Below, in pieces: positions 23,975-36,000 of a stretch of DNA of 64,000 nucleotides. Within the stretch, counting starts at the first letter, position 1; the number at the start of each line of letters is the position of its first letter. Below the pieces are notes generated by a model. That model saw only the letters and a list, made by a program, of their open reading frames with translations. It did no database searches and was not told the origin of the DNA. Origin of the DNA: Octopus sinensis (lineage: Eukaryota); the NCBI RefSeq assembly GCF_006345805.1, contig NW_021837042.1, positions 2,411 to 66,410 of the forward strand, read 5' to 3'. The translations under genes and the position numbers were made by a program.

Positions 23975-24245
23975 ACAACCATTAACACCACCACCACCAC
24001 TACCTCCACCACCACCCCCGCCGCCGCCGCTACCACCACCACCACCACCAACACCACCAACATCACCAACACCACCACCACCACCACCACCACCACCACC
24101 ACCAACACCACCACCACTACCACCACCACCACTACCTCCACCACCGTCGCCGCCGCCGCCACCACCACCACTACCACCATAACCACCACCACCACCAACA
24201 CCACCACCACCACCACCAACACCAGCACCACCAGCACCACCACCG
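23975..24245. repeat. (CAC)n trinucleotide repeat
   Basis: Source of the poly-Val and poly-Gly ORFs. Confidence 0.95.
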
Positions 24246-24571
24246 TTTGTATCACTAATCACCATCGACGACCCCGTCCCCCCCACTGCCTCGTCAACGA
24301 CTACACTTTCCCCACCGCCGTCTATTCCCCAAAGTAAAGCTCAAACAATACTAGTTTCACCTCGACTTAATTGTTTAATAGTTTCAACCTTGATGTCTAG
24401 ACACGTTTCAAATGTAAATACTAGAATATTCTAAAGCTATCAAAGTCAATTTTCACGCTCACTTTAAATTAATTCCAAGTTTGGTTGCTTTGGTTTTGTC
24501 TAGCTTAGAGCGCGCGCGCGCCTGTTGCGTAGTGTGCGAATGTTTGTGGACACGTATATACCTACATATAT

Positions 24572-25110
24572 GGCGGCGAGCTGGCAGAAACGTTAGCGCG
24601 CCGGGTGAAATGATTAGTGGTATTTCGTCTGTCGTTATGTTCTGAGTTCCAATTCCGCCGAGGTCGACTTTGCCTTTCATCCTTTCAGGGTCGATAAATT
24701 AAGTACCAGTTACACACTGGAGTCGATGTAATCGACTTAATACCTACGTCTGTCCTTGTTTGTCCCCTCTGTGTTTAGCCCCTTGTGGGTAATAAAGAAA
24801 TAGGTATTTCGTCTGTCGTTATGTTCTGAGTTCCAATTCCGCCGAGGTCGACTTTGCCTTTCATCCTTTCAGGGTCGATAAATTAAGTACCAGTTACGCA
24901 CTGGGGTCGATGTAATCGACTTAATCCGTTTGTCTGTCGTTGTTTGTCCCCTCTGTGTATAGCCCATTGTGGGTAGTAAAGAAATAGGTATTTCGTCTGT
25001 CGTTATGTTCTGAGTTCCAATTCCGCCGAGGTCGACTTTGCTTTTCATCCTTTCGGGGTCGATAAATTAAGTACCAGTTACGCACTGGGTTCGATCATTA
25101 GTAAAGAAAT
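24572..25110 (+). mobile_element. SINE family A with tandem headless repeats
   Basis: Full head ggcggcgagctggcagaaacgttagc, then gtatttcgtctg-starting units at about 24802 and 24987. Confidence 0.9.
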
Positions 25111-25128
25111 ATATATGTAGGTATATAC

Positions 25129-25362
25129 ATTTCTTTATACTGCCCACAAGGAGCAAAACATAGAGGGGACAAAGAAGGACAGACAAAGGGATTAAGTCGA
25201 TTACATCGACCCCAGTGCGTAACTGGTACTTAATTTATCGACCCCGAAAGGATGAAAGGCAAATTCGACCTCGTCGGAATTTGAACTCAGAACGTAACGG
25301 CAGACGAAATACGGCTACGCATTTCGCCCGGCGTGCTACCGTTTCTGCCAGCTCGCCGCCTT
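25129..25362 (-). mobile_element. Full-length SINE family A
   Basis: Ends ..gtttctgccagctcgccgcctt. Confidence 0.9.
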
Positions 25363-25380
25363 GTATATGCCTACATATAA

Positions 25381-25411
<31 letters not shown>

Positions 25412-25429
25412 CTAAATCGCAACAAAAGA

Positions 25430-25620
25430 TGCTCCAGTCTGGCAGAATCGTTATCTTGCCAGACAAAACGCTCAGCGGCATTTCTTACGACTTTACGTTC
25501 GAAGTTCGAATTCCGCCGTGATCGACTTTGCTTTTGATCCTTTAGGAATCGGTAAAATAATTACCAGTTAAGCATTTGTGGTCGATGTAATTAACTAGAC
25601 TCCTTCCCACAAAACTTCAA
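25430..25620 (+). mobile_element. Degenerate SINE family A
   Basis: tggcagaatcgtta..gaagttcgaattccgccg..ggtcgatgtaatt. Confidence 0.7.
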
Positions 25621-25906
25621 GCTTTTCTTAGAAAATCCCTTTATTTCTAATTTATTTTTTCTGTTTGCAAATCCGTGGTTACCGTATCTTCGATGATAGA
25701 TAGATAGATAACTTTCTTTATTGTCCATACATGGCTGAACACAGAGGGGACAAATACAAATGTAGAACTTTTCTTTTCGAAGATGAAAAAGATAAAGGAA
25801 AAAAGAAAGGAAACAAATGTAAAATTCCGACCAAAAGGGATCAGAGTAAAAAGATGATCAAAAGGATCGTGTATCACAGAAAGAAATTTTATTTTTTTTC
25901 TTTCTG

Positions 25907-25943
<37 letters not shown>

Positions 25944-25956
25944 TACATACACACAC

Positions 25957-26031
<75 letters not shown>

Positions 26032-26037
<6 letters not shown>

Positions 26038-26350
26038 AGGGAAGAAATGGAGCCGAACGAAGATTCTACAAAATTCCTTTTTATTATTTTCTACACATGT
26101 TTCAAAGGCTGCAAATTCCCAAATTCGGATTGAATAAGGAGACCATTCTGCAGCTTTCTCTTCAGGAAAATCCAGGAATTTAAAATCTCAAAACAAATGC
26201 GCAGCAAGCTTTTCGAACAAAACGCTCCCTAGGAGCCCATGGTAAAAAAAATCCGAATTTGGGAATTTGCAGCCTTTGAAACATGTGTAGAAAATAATAA
26301 AAAGGAATTTTGTAGAATCTTCGTTCGGCTCCATTTCTTCCCTTCACTAA
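26032..26350. mobile_element. Fold-back element with 100-bp arms (Penelope-pLTR-like)
   Basis: Arms 26032-26132 and 26251-26350 differ only by a one-base indel; contains a hammerhead. Confidence 0.9.
26086..26172 (-). ncRNA. Type I hammerhead ribozyme with canonical core and long stem II
   Basis: Minus strand: AUUUUC-CUGAAGA-GAAAGCUGCA..UGCAGCCUUU-GAAA-CAUGUG-UA|GAAAAU; perfect 6-bp stem I, GUA triplet. Confidence 0.8.
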
Positions 26351-26513
26351 ATATATAAAACTTCAATTATCCGCGCTAAAGCACGGGGGCGAAACCCCAT
26401 GGTCGTAACCTCAACCGTGTATTTTCTGGTGTGATTTTTGCTACACAGGTATCGGTTAAATTTTGAATAATCCGTAACAAGATAATTCATTTATCCATTT
26501 CATTAAATATATA

Positions 26514-26546
<33 letters not shown>

Positions 26547-26579
26547 GATAGATATAGATAGATAGATAGATAGATAGAC

Positions 26580-26624
<45 letters not shown>

Positions 26625-26738
26625 CAAATATATGAATGTATGTATGTATGTATGTATGTATGTATGTATGCATATTTGTATGTGCCTGCGTGCTTATGCA
26701 TGTGTGTGTTAGTGTGCGTGCTTATGTATGACTGTATG

Positions 26739-26777
<39 letters not shown>

Positions 26778-27369
26778 ATGTATGTATGTATGTATGAGTG
26801 TGTTCATGCATGCATGCTTGCGTATGTACGGATGTTCAGATGTGTGTGCGTGCATGTGTATGTATGCATTTATGTTTACACTGCTACGCTGTGACCTTAA
26901 ATGTCCTGTAACTTAGCCGTTCAATAAATAATGATCGACAAAATAAGTACCAAAGTAGCAGCCTGTCGTATTAAAAAAAACATGAAGAATATATTTCTTA
27001 GTGTTGGACGCACAGACTGTCTAGTATTCTAGAACTCAACGAGCCGGTTACCCGGTTTCCATAACCTATAAAGGGGACCAATATCCCAATAGTACTCGTG
27101 AATGGGACCCCAGTTCATCGCAAGGTTTACCATTTACAAGCTGTGTATGGATTCCAGAAATGTGATATGAGGTGTTTTGCTCAAGAAAATAAAACACTAT
27201 CTTGTCCGAGAATCGAAACCATGGTCTTGCAATCGTGTTACAGCTTAAACAAATCAGATCACTTCTTATAGAGGAGTAACCTATAATTAAGTGCTTTCAA
27301 ATTTTGGCACAAGGCCAGCAGTTTAGAGGATGGGTAAGTCGATTATATCGACCCCAGTTTTTTCTTTTT

Positions 27370-27693
27370 TGAGATATTCAGCAACAGTACTTTGTAGTAA
27401 AGATTGTTTGCCAGCATAACATGGCAGTCCTGGTTTAGGATGAATGTTGCTGTAATTTAGCCCCAGGCGACATCGTCTCCAGTTGGCTATACGACATGAT
27501 CTGTGTCCTTATATTTTCGAACAAGGGAATCTAGCACCCCCACTCAGCTCAAAACAATATCTGTGTGTCGCGATTTCTGGTTTATTTCTCTTCATCAGCA
27601 CAGAATAATTGCTCGGCTAGATCTAAACCAGGACGGCCATGTTATGTTGCAACCAGGACAGCATGTTATGCTGGCAAACAATCTTTACTACAT
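27370..27693. mobile_element. Hammerhead-bearing repeat with partial inverted 3' copy
   Basis: Same family as 3208-3420; right arm ctaaaccagga..caatctttactaca is inverted relative to 27385-27440. Confidence 0.8.
27560..27604 (-). ncRNA. Degenerate minimal hammerhead
   Basis: Minus strand: UCUGUG-CUGAUGA-AGAGAAAUAAACCA-GAAA-UCGCGA-CA|CACAGA; perfect 6-bp stem I, but U16.1 is C and stem II is damaged. Confidence 0.5.
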
Positions 27694-29212
27694 AGACCCC
27701 AGCATTCAACTGGTACTTATTTTGTCGACTCCGAAAGGAGGAAAAGCAAAATCAATCCCGGCGGAATATGAACTCAGACGCAAAGACGGGACGAAATGTC
27801 GCTAAGCATTTTGCCCAGCGTGCCGCCTTAAAGATTAAGCAATAATGGTCTCGGATCTATTCCATCTCAATCACAGATTTTTTAATTAATTTTTCTTTTA
27901 ATTAAACAGTTTGAAACTTCGAATACTGGTAGAATTTCTCACTTAGAACACGGTTTACTCTGAACATTTTTGACAAAATTTCTTATTTTAGAAGTTATTT
28001 TGTGTTAAAGTTGTCGTATTTGGGTAATGTCAACCAATCAACGACATGTATTCAGTTGAAGAAAGCTACTGCTGCTTGTGATAGTAATCGAAGAGGAACA
28101 ACTTCCGGGTCATCTCTGCTAAATGTCACCACTTTGTTCGATAAATCAACACCATAGAGCAACGAGTCCGCAGCTAGCGTTTTTGTTGTTGACGTATATT
28201 TAGTTTCAAAATGCCTTATTTTACAACTATGAGATGTGTTGTTATTGTCATGATCTTATCTTACTATAATCAACAACAAACACATTTCGCCAATATAAAA
28301 GTCTTTATTAGATAAAAAAAAATAATATTATCAAAACATTGAAGGTAAAACGAAACAAATAGCGGCTTATACACCGGGAAATACGGTAATTGTATGTGGC
28401 AGTGACAAGTTCGCTCGCTGGTTGCTAGTTGATGGTGTAAAAGGGAGGGAAAGAATAAGGAATGCACGGTGCTGACTAGGATGGAAGAAAAGATGAAGGT
28501 GACATCGTCTTCGCTTGCCATATGAATAGAATAGAGTGGTGACATTTAGTAGAGATGAAATCCATGGTCTCTAATTTAGACCAAAAATCAACAATATTAA
28601 GAAGAGCCGATTCGTCGTAAAAATCGATCTTAGAACTTAAGTGACTCGCTATTTTTATAAACACCGAAAGGATGGAAATTTAAGCCGAACCTAATAAATA
28701 AACAACTGCTCCAACAGATCATGAGTGAGTGCGCGCATGTGTTTAGAGACAAATTCTTTTATGTATTGCATAATACATATTTATACAGGGTCAAGGTTTC
28801 ACCAACTGACCGGGGCACACGAAAACCCAAATAACGCTGAGGGCAGAGATGAAAGCAATCACAAGACTTTGCACTTAGTATAGAGGATTTCGAAGATTTA
28901 GATCTTGACAGATATTTTTTAAGAAAGGGAGAGAAAGAGAATGTTTTAATGTTAAGTTTGCTCGTGTATATTTTAATGTTTTGCCTGTTATTTCTAGCAA
29001 CTCCTGTTGGTTTGTTTACTGTAGCTAATGCCCCATACCCTGATGATGGAAGAGGCAGCGAACGCGCTGTTTTCTGATTGGCTGAAAATTCCGAAAATTA
29101 TCAAACTGTGAACTTCTATAACATTTTTGCAAAATTTTTCTGGAATAAATAAATTACAATTTCGGATTCAGTGGCAAAAAATCATATCTATATTACACAT
29201 TAAAATTTTTTT

Positions 29213-29607
29213 GGGTGTTTGGTAAGTAGCTTGCTTACCAACCACATGGTTCCAGGTTCAGTCCCACTGCGTGGCACTTTGGGCAAGTGTCTTCTACTAT
29301 AGACTCGGGCCGACCAAAGCGTTGTGAGTGGATTTGGTAGACGGAAACTGAAAGAAGCCAGTCGTATATATGTATATATATGTATATGTATGTGTGTGTG
29401 TGTCTGATTTTGTCCTCTCAGCATCGCTTGACAACCGATGGTGGTGTGTATACGTCCCCGTAACTTAGCGGTTCAGCAAAACAGACCGATAGAATAAGTA
29501 CTAGGCTTACAAACAATAAGTTCTGGGCACGATTTGCTCGACTAAAGGCTGTGCTCCAGCATGGCCGCAGTCAAATGACTGAAACAAGTAAAAGAGTAAA
29601 AGAGTAA
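29213..29607 (+). mobile_element. SINE family B, near full length
   Basis: ggtaagtagcttgcttaccaaccacatggttccaggttcagtccc..gagtaaaa tail. Confidence 0.9.
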
Positions 29608-29984
29608 AATTGTAAACACTTACGAAAACCAGAAAGATCCAGATAACGGAATACAGTACAAGAGTGAGAAGGGTTAACTCGGTGCAAAGGGACGTGGCTG
29701 TTGTTTGGCCCCGAGTCAGCTTTGATCGAACAGACATATGATCAAAGGTAGTCTAGCTATGACCATTCCTGTTTTCTTTTAAGTACAGGAAACCCATGTC
29801 AAATTATCTAAAGTGTCCTTATCGAAGACGGTGGGGTACTCGTAATAGAGAGTTAATAAGTAAAGCGACGAAGTGGGAAAGGACAATAATGAGTTCTACA
29901 GAGCTTAGAAGAGCAGTCGCAGGCGAAGTGGTCCACAACGGTTACGACAATGCATTTAGGGAGTGTTGGGAGAATATAAACACA

Positions 29985-30380
29985 TGTACACACACACACG
30001 CACACACGCACACACACATACACACATAAGCACACACATACACACACATACATAATACACAAATACACATACACACATACACACACATACACATACACAA
30101 ACATAAGCACACACATACACACACATACATAATACACAAATAGACACACATAAGCACACACATACACACACATACATAATACACAAATACACATACATAA
30201 TACACAAATACACATACATAATACACAAATACACATACACACACATACACATACACAAACATAAGCACACACATACACACACATACATAATACACAAATA
30301 CACACACACACATACACACACATACACACACATACATAATACACAAATACACATACACGCACATACACATACACACATGT
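29985..30380. repeat. Compound CA/CATA minisatellite
   Basis: acacacatacataatacacaaat recurs several times. Confidence 0.9.
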
Positions 30381-30400
30381 GTGTGTGTAGATATGTATGT

Positions 30401-30821
30401 CTTTTTTTTATCTCTTTCACATGTTTCAGTCATTTGACTGCGGCCTTGCTGGGGCACCACCTTGAAGAGATTTTAGTCGAATCAATTGATTTCCCAGTAA
30501 TTTAATTTTTTTCAAGCCAGGGACTTATTTTATCGGTCAAATTTGCCGAACCGCTAGATTTCAACTAATACTGGTTGTTAAGCGATGGTGGTGGTGGGGT
30601 GGACGAACACAGACACAAAGACGCTCGCGCACGCGCACACACACATACACACATATAAGGGGCTTCTTTGAGTTTCTACCTGCCAAATCCACTCACAAGG
30701 TTTTGGTCGGCCCGAGGCTATAATAGAAGACACTCACCGAAGGTGCCACGCAGTGGGACTGAACCCGGAATCATGTAGTCGGGAAGCAAGCTTCTTACCA
30801 CACATCCACGGTTGCGCCTAT
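30401..30821 (-). mobile_element. SINE family B
   Basis: Ends gttgcgcctat; B body in reverse complement. Confidence 0.88.
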
Positions 30822-30842
30822 TTGTATGTATGTATGTATGTA

Positions 30843-30906
30843 TGTATCTACCTATCTATCTACCTATCTCTTTCTCTCTCTCTCTGTCTATCTATCTCTT
30901 TCTTTT

Positions 30907-30937
<31 letters not shown>

Positions 30938-30952
30938 CTTTCTCTCTCTGTA

Positions 30953-31049
<97 letters not shown>

Positions 31050-31071
31050 GTCTGTCTATTTGTCTCTATGT

Positions 31072-31110
<39 letters not shown>
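30843..31110. repeat. (TCTA)n/(TC)n/(TGCC)n microsatellites
   Basis: Directly visible. Confidence 0.95.
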
Positions 31111-31112
<2 letters not shown>

Positions 31113-31512
31113 TCTGTCTGTTTCTGTGCGCGCGCGTGTGTGTATTAACATTTTGCAAAGAAAAGGATGATGGTGACTTCAAAGTATCGGGTTTGCTCGT
31201 CCTTATCAGACAGTCTCATGGATGCGCGGATGTCAAAACTACGAAGTTGATATTAACTTTTTCCCTCTCAAGATTTTATATGTATATCCCCGAAAAATAT
31301 TGAGAAATCCAGCGAGTTAATGTCATGTTGTTTTTGCATATAATTTGACATAGAGAATTACACTCCACACACACACACACATGAAATTTCAATCCTTACG
31401 TCATAGCCTGACTACAAAACTCCAAATATACGCAACCGAGCGAGCTGTGAATCGGAGTATGGCAGTTTAATGTAGCATAGACACGGAACTCTAATTCTTA
31501 TGACAACGTGTC

Positions 31513-31580
<68 letters not shown>

Positions 31581-31715
31581 CAATAAAAAAGTGGGGTGTA
31601 TCAATAAGTGGTTCATCATCTTTTAGACATTATAGTATGTCTATTTATTTATTTATTTACTAAAAGGACAATTACAAGAATATACATACATGTATAACAT
31701 ATTATGCTTTACATA

Positions 31716-32229
31716 TCTATATATATAAAACTGTAGTTGTGTGAGTGTCTGTCTCCTACAATTTAGATTCCTAACTCCTCCCACATTTTGCGGTACAGTT
31801 TAACCAAATTCGGGTATCTTATAGTCGTGATTCATATCGAGCCCGTCTGAGTATTAGCACGCGTCTACGATGAGTCTACGATTTTAAAAATAAATTAAAC
31901 TTCATTTTTTATTCCATTTTAATGCATAATTTTTCGTGTGTCGATGGCGGCGGAGTTGGCGTCCATGGTCACACCTGCACCTGTTTGCTTCTCCCCCTTC
32001 TTCCCTCCCTCGTGAAGCTGTGGGGAAGGGAGTGTAAGAAAATCAACGTCGTAAAGCGTTGTCAAGGAGACCAGCGTTCTTTTAGAACAACGACTTCATG
32101 GCTTGAAGACACCAAAACAGAAATGGCTAAGAAAGCTCGAATTGGCATCTATAAGGGAAGTAACTCTCTAAAAATGCTTATATAGTTATTTCCCTTACAA
32201 ATCCGAGCAACGCCGGGCGATACTGCTAG
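31716..32229 (+). mobile_element. Non-autonomous Helitron family 1
   Basis: A^TC...hairpin ccgagcaacgccggg...CTAG^T. Confidence 0.9.
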
Positions 32230-32330
32230 TAAAATATATAAAGATACCAGTAATTATTAAAATATAGATAGATATAGATATATAGATATATACATACATA
32301 AATATATAAATATATACACAGATAGAAAGT

Positions 32331-32381
<51 letters not shown>

Positions 32382-33504
32382 TAAAGGGGAAGCGCACATA
32401 TGTGTGTAAATGTACAAATATGTACACATATACATAAGGCAAGTAGGAGAAGAAAATTGCTTAGTAGGGAAGGATTGTATATTCGGAGATGTAATGCATG
32501 GGAATGCGTGACTAAGTACGCGTGTGCACTTCACCACAAACGCTCACGAATATAAGAAATATGAAAGAACGAGGTTAAAGTTTATTTACAGGGAAAACGG
32601 GGGAGACGTCGCTTGTTTTTATGTGTACCGGTACGAGATTATCAGTGGTGTCTAGATGCTTTGAGAGGCGAAAGATGATCGGTAGAGTTGCTATTGTGGT
32701 GGCACGTGAATTAGTAATGGCTAGGATGTTGTACTCATGATTGTGCTTTCGATTCTTGGAGCGGACAATGCGTTATGTTCTTGAGCAAAACACTTCATTT
32801 CACGTTATGCCAATCCACTCAGCCGGCAAAAATGAGTAATTCTATGGTGGACGGGCGTCCGTCTAGAGTTGGGGACACAGAATCCGGCCTTATGAGTGGG
32901 GAACGAAGAATTCAGATTTATGAGTCTATGGCTCGGAAGAGACCTTTGAATTTTTATTTTGTTTTCCAGAGCTGCTATTTAAAACAGATTAAATGACTGC
33001 ATATATGTCATTTTCTTGTTGTTTAGTTCCAGATAAACAGTGAACAGAACTAGGATCAAAGGAGTTCCAGTTATGACCATTCTGCTTTTGCCAGACATAA
33101 TATTTCTAGCTCCTTAGATATCTGTCTTTGAGATAATCCTCCACACTTTTGATATTTAGAAGAGCAAAGTTTAACTCCATGACATTTTGTTAAGATAGGA
33201 CCTGTTGATTTTATAGATGTTATTTAAGCACCTGATCGTGGCAATAACAGAAAATCGAAGAGAATAGAGATTCGCCAAACTCTCCCCTGATATTTACACC
33301 TTGTCTTTTAAAACAAACAAAATGGCAAAGGATACCATACTCAATCTTTAAAAAGAAAATAGAAATATTGACAGCTTATTTGGGAAACATTCTATTTTCG
33401 TCAGAAAAGTGATTAAATTAATTGATGTAATTTTTCAAAATTTTATGTTGCTAATAAATATTTTTTTTCAAATACTTTGTAAAAAGTATTCCTAAAAAAG
33501 GTGA

Positions 33505-33934
33505 GTACTCTTTCACTCTTTTACTTGTATCAGCTATTTGACTGCGGCCACGCTGGAGTACCACCTTTAGACGAGCAAATCGACCCCGGGTGTTATTCTT
33601 TGTAAGCCTAATACTTATTCTATCGGTCTCTTTTGCCGAACCGCTAAGTGACGGGGACATAAACACACTAGCATCGGTTGTCAAGCAATGCTAGGGAGAC
33701 AAACACAGACACACAAACACAGACACAGACACACACACACACACACACACACACCACACACACACACACATATACGTCGGGCTTCTTTCAGTTTCTGTCT
33801 ACCAAATCCACTCACAAGGCTTTGGTCGGCCCGAGGCTATAGTAGAAGACACTTGCCCGACATGCCACGCAGTGGGACTGAACCCGGAACCATGTGGTTG
33901 GTAATCAAGCTACTTACCACACAGCAACACCTGC
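33505..33934 (-). mobile_element. SINE family B
   Basis: Full reverse-complement homology. Confidence 0.9.
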
Positions 33935-34036
33935 TGTAGTTAATTATTATTCTTAAACTCTCAACTGCAAATTTAATGCCTTTCCAAATTTACCTCCTTT
34001 GCCGTAATTGGTTGACCTCATTGCTGTTGTTTGATC

Positions 34037-34299
34037 CTTTTTGAGCCATGCCTGGCTTCTCGGTTTCATTGGCGCATAGGTTCCCCACCTGGACGGAACG
34101 CCGGACCGTCGCAGGAGAAAAGAATGAGAGACAGCTGTGGCGAAGGGGTCAGCAGAAGTTCCCCATTACCTTCTTCCGGAGCCGTGTGGAGATTAGGCGT
34201 TTTGCTCATAAACAATCACATCGCCCGGTCTGAGATTCGAACCCAAGATCCATCAACCGCGAGATCGCTGCTCTAACCACTTGGCCATGTGCCTCCACA
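34037..34299 (-). mobile_element. tRNA-derived SINE, family C-like head
   Basis: Minus strand starts TGTGGAGGCACATGGCCAAGTGGTTAGAGC..GGGTTCGAATCTC; sister copy at 35222-35521. Confidence 0.85.
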
Positions 34300-34304
34300 T
34301 TTAC

Positions 34305-34460
34305 CCCATTACTTGACTGGTATTTATCTCATCTTCCTCGAAACAATGAAAGGCAAATTTGACTTCGGTGGAATTTGAACTAAGAACGTAAAGAACCGAA
34401 CGAAATGCCGCTAAGCGTTTTGTCCGGCGTGCCAACGATTCAATCAGCTCACCATCTTAG
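34305..34460 (-). mobile_element. Degenerate SINE family A
   Basis: atgaaaggcaaatttgacttcggtggaatttgaactaagaacg. Confidence 0.7.
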
Positions 34461-34684
34461 CTACAAATCTAATATCAAAAGTGCGCCTTAAAGAACATCG
34501 GATATTTTTTAATAAGATAAAACCGCATCAAATCTAGATTTATCACGCCCACGGTGAAAGAGCTTACTGGAGTTCTTGTCACAAAGAAAGATTTTTATCA
34601 TCTACAATACTGCAACAGAGAATAATGTATGAATGTTTCTATAAATACGGTTTTTAAACGTCCGCAACGCTTAGTTGAACGACC

Positions 34685-34726
<42 letters not shown>

Positions 34727-34816
34727 TGTCAGCAGTAGGAGCAGCTGCGCGAGAAGCAGCAGCTAAGATTTCATTTCCATGTTTGTTCAGCTATGAATAT
34801 ATTTAGTCAGAGTAAA

Positions 34817-35200
34817 GTGGCAAGGTGGCAGAATGGTTAGCACGCCGGGCGAAATGCCTAGCGGTATTTCGTCTGCCGTTGCGTTCTGAGTTCAAATTCC
34901 GCCATGGTCGACTTTGCCTTTCATCCTTTCGGGGTCGATTAAATAAGTACCAGTTACACACTGGGGTCGATATAATCGACTTAATCCGTTTGTCTGTCCT
35001 TGTTTGTCCCGTCTGTGTTTAACCCCTTGTGGGTAGTAAAGAAATAGGTATTTCGTCTGCCGCTACGTTCTGAGTTTAAATTCCACTGAGGTCGACTTTG
35101 CCTTTCATCCTTTCGGGGTCGATAAATTAAGTACCAGTTACGTACTGCCAACTTGCCCCCTCCTTCAAAATTGCTGACCTTGTGCCAATGTTTGAAACCA
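34817..35200 (+). mobile_element. SINE family A dimer
   Basis: Head plus second headless unit; ttagtcagag at 34803-34812 and 35208-35217 (possible TSD). Confidence 0.85.
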
Positions 35201-35221
35201 ATATTGATTAGTCAGAGATGT

Positions 35222-35521
35222 TTGTTCCTTCCCGAGACACGCCAGGCTCATAAGGGCCGGTTTCTCGGTTTCCTTGGCGTATAGGTTCCTCACCTGGACG
35301 GGACGCCGGTCCGTCGCAAGTGAGCTTCAAGATGCAGGAGGAAAGAGTGAGGGAAAGTTGTAGCGAAAGAGTCAGCAGAAGTTTCGCCATTACCTTCTGC
35401 CGGAGCCGCGTGGAGCTTAGGTGTTTCACTCATAAAGACACACATCGCCCGGTCTGAGACTCGAACCTGCGATCCCTCGACCGCGGTCCGCTGCTCTAAC
35501 CACTAGGCCATGTGCGTCCAC
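35222..35521 (-). mobile_element. tRNA-derived SINE, family C-like head
   Basis: Homologous to 34037-34299. Confidence 0.85.
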
Positions 35522-35794
35522 TAATCAGATATGAAAGCAGAACAATTACAGCATGGAAGACACATGTTAGCCATTAAAACACACACGGAAACTGTTCACT
35601 TCACTTGAACCTTTATTGCTTGGTGTTAAAATTTTCGTTGCACCAATGACGACCTGATCACTGACATGGTTTCAGTGCATCTGGTTTGGGGTGGGGCTGT
35701 TGGTCAGCATATATATATTTCCGTGTTATAAATATAATTTTTCTTATTTATATAGGTCATTCGTTCAGGTTATGTCGTCATAGCTGGTTAGTTA

Positions 35795-36000
35795 ATCCAA
35801 ACATGAACAAAGAGAAAACACAACAACGAGAGGACGTGGAACAAATATAGTATTATTGGACGCTCAGGAAAGAAAAGAAAGAAGGAGGATTTAACGTTTT
35901 GAGCGGAGCTCTTCGTCAGAAACATAGAAAAAGGAAAGGTCCAAGGAAGGGAAGACGGAGGAAAAAATCGCCAACGATACACACGCGGTCACATATTGAA
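35795..36000 (-). mobile_element. Hammerhead-bearing repeat (pLTR-like)
   Basis: Shares the gacgctcaggaa segment with the 38340 and 45593 family; contains a hammerhead. Confidence 0.6.
35889..35923 (-). ncRNA. Minimal hammerhead, G12A-mutated copy
   Basis: Minus strand: GUUU-CUGACGA-A-GAGC(UCC)GCUC-AAAAC-GUU|AAAU. Confidence 0.6.

Larger units (their letters stand above)
27290..27825 (-). mobile_element. SINE family A variant interrupted by the 27370-27693 insertion
   Basis: Tail at 27290-27357 and body at 27695-27825; gaccccag duplicated at 27350-27357 and 27695-27702. Confidence 0.7.

Noticed and set aside
23923-24286. Poly-Gly and poly-Val ORFs
   Set aside because: (CAC)n repeat
29038-29070. 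ctgatga...cgaacgcg motif
   Set aside because: GAAA incomplete; no convincing stem I or II
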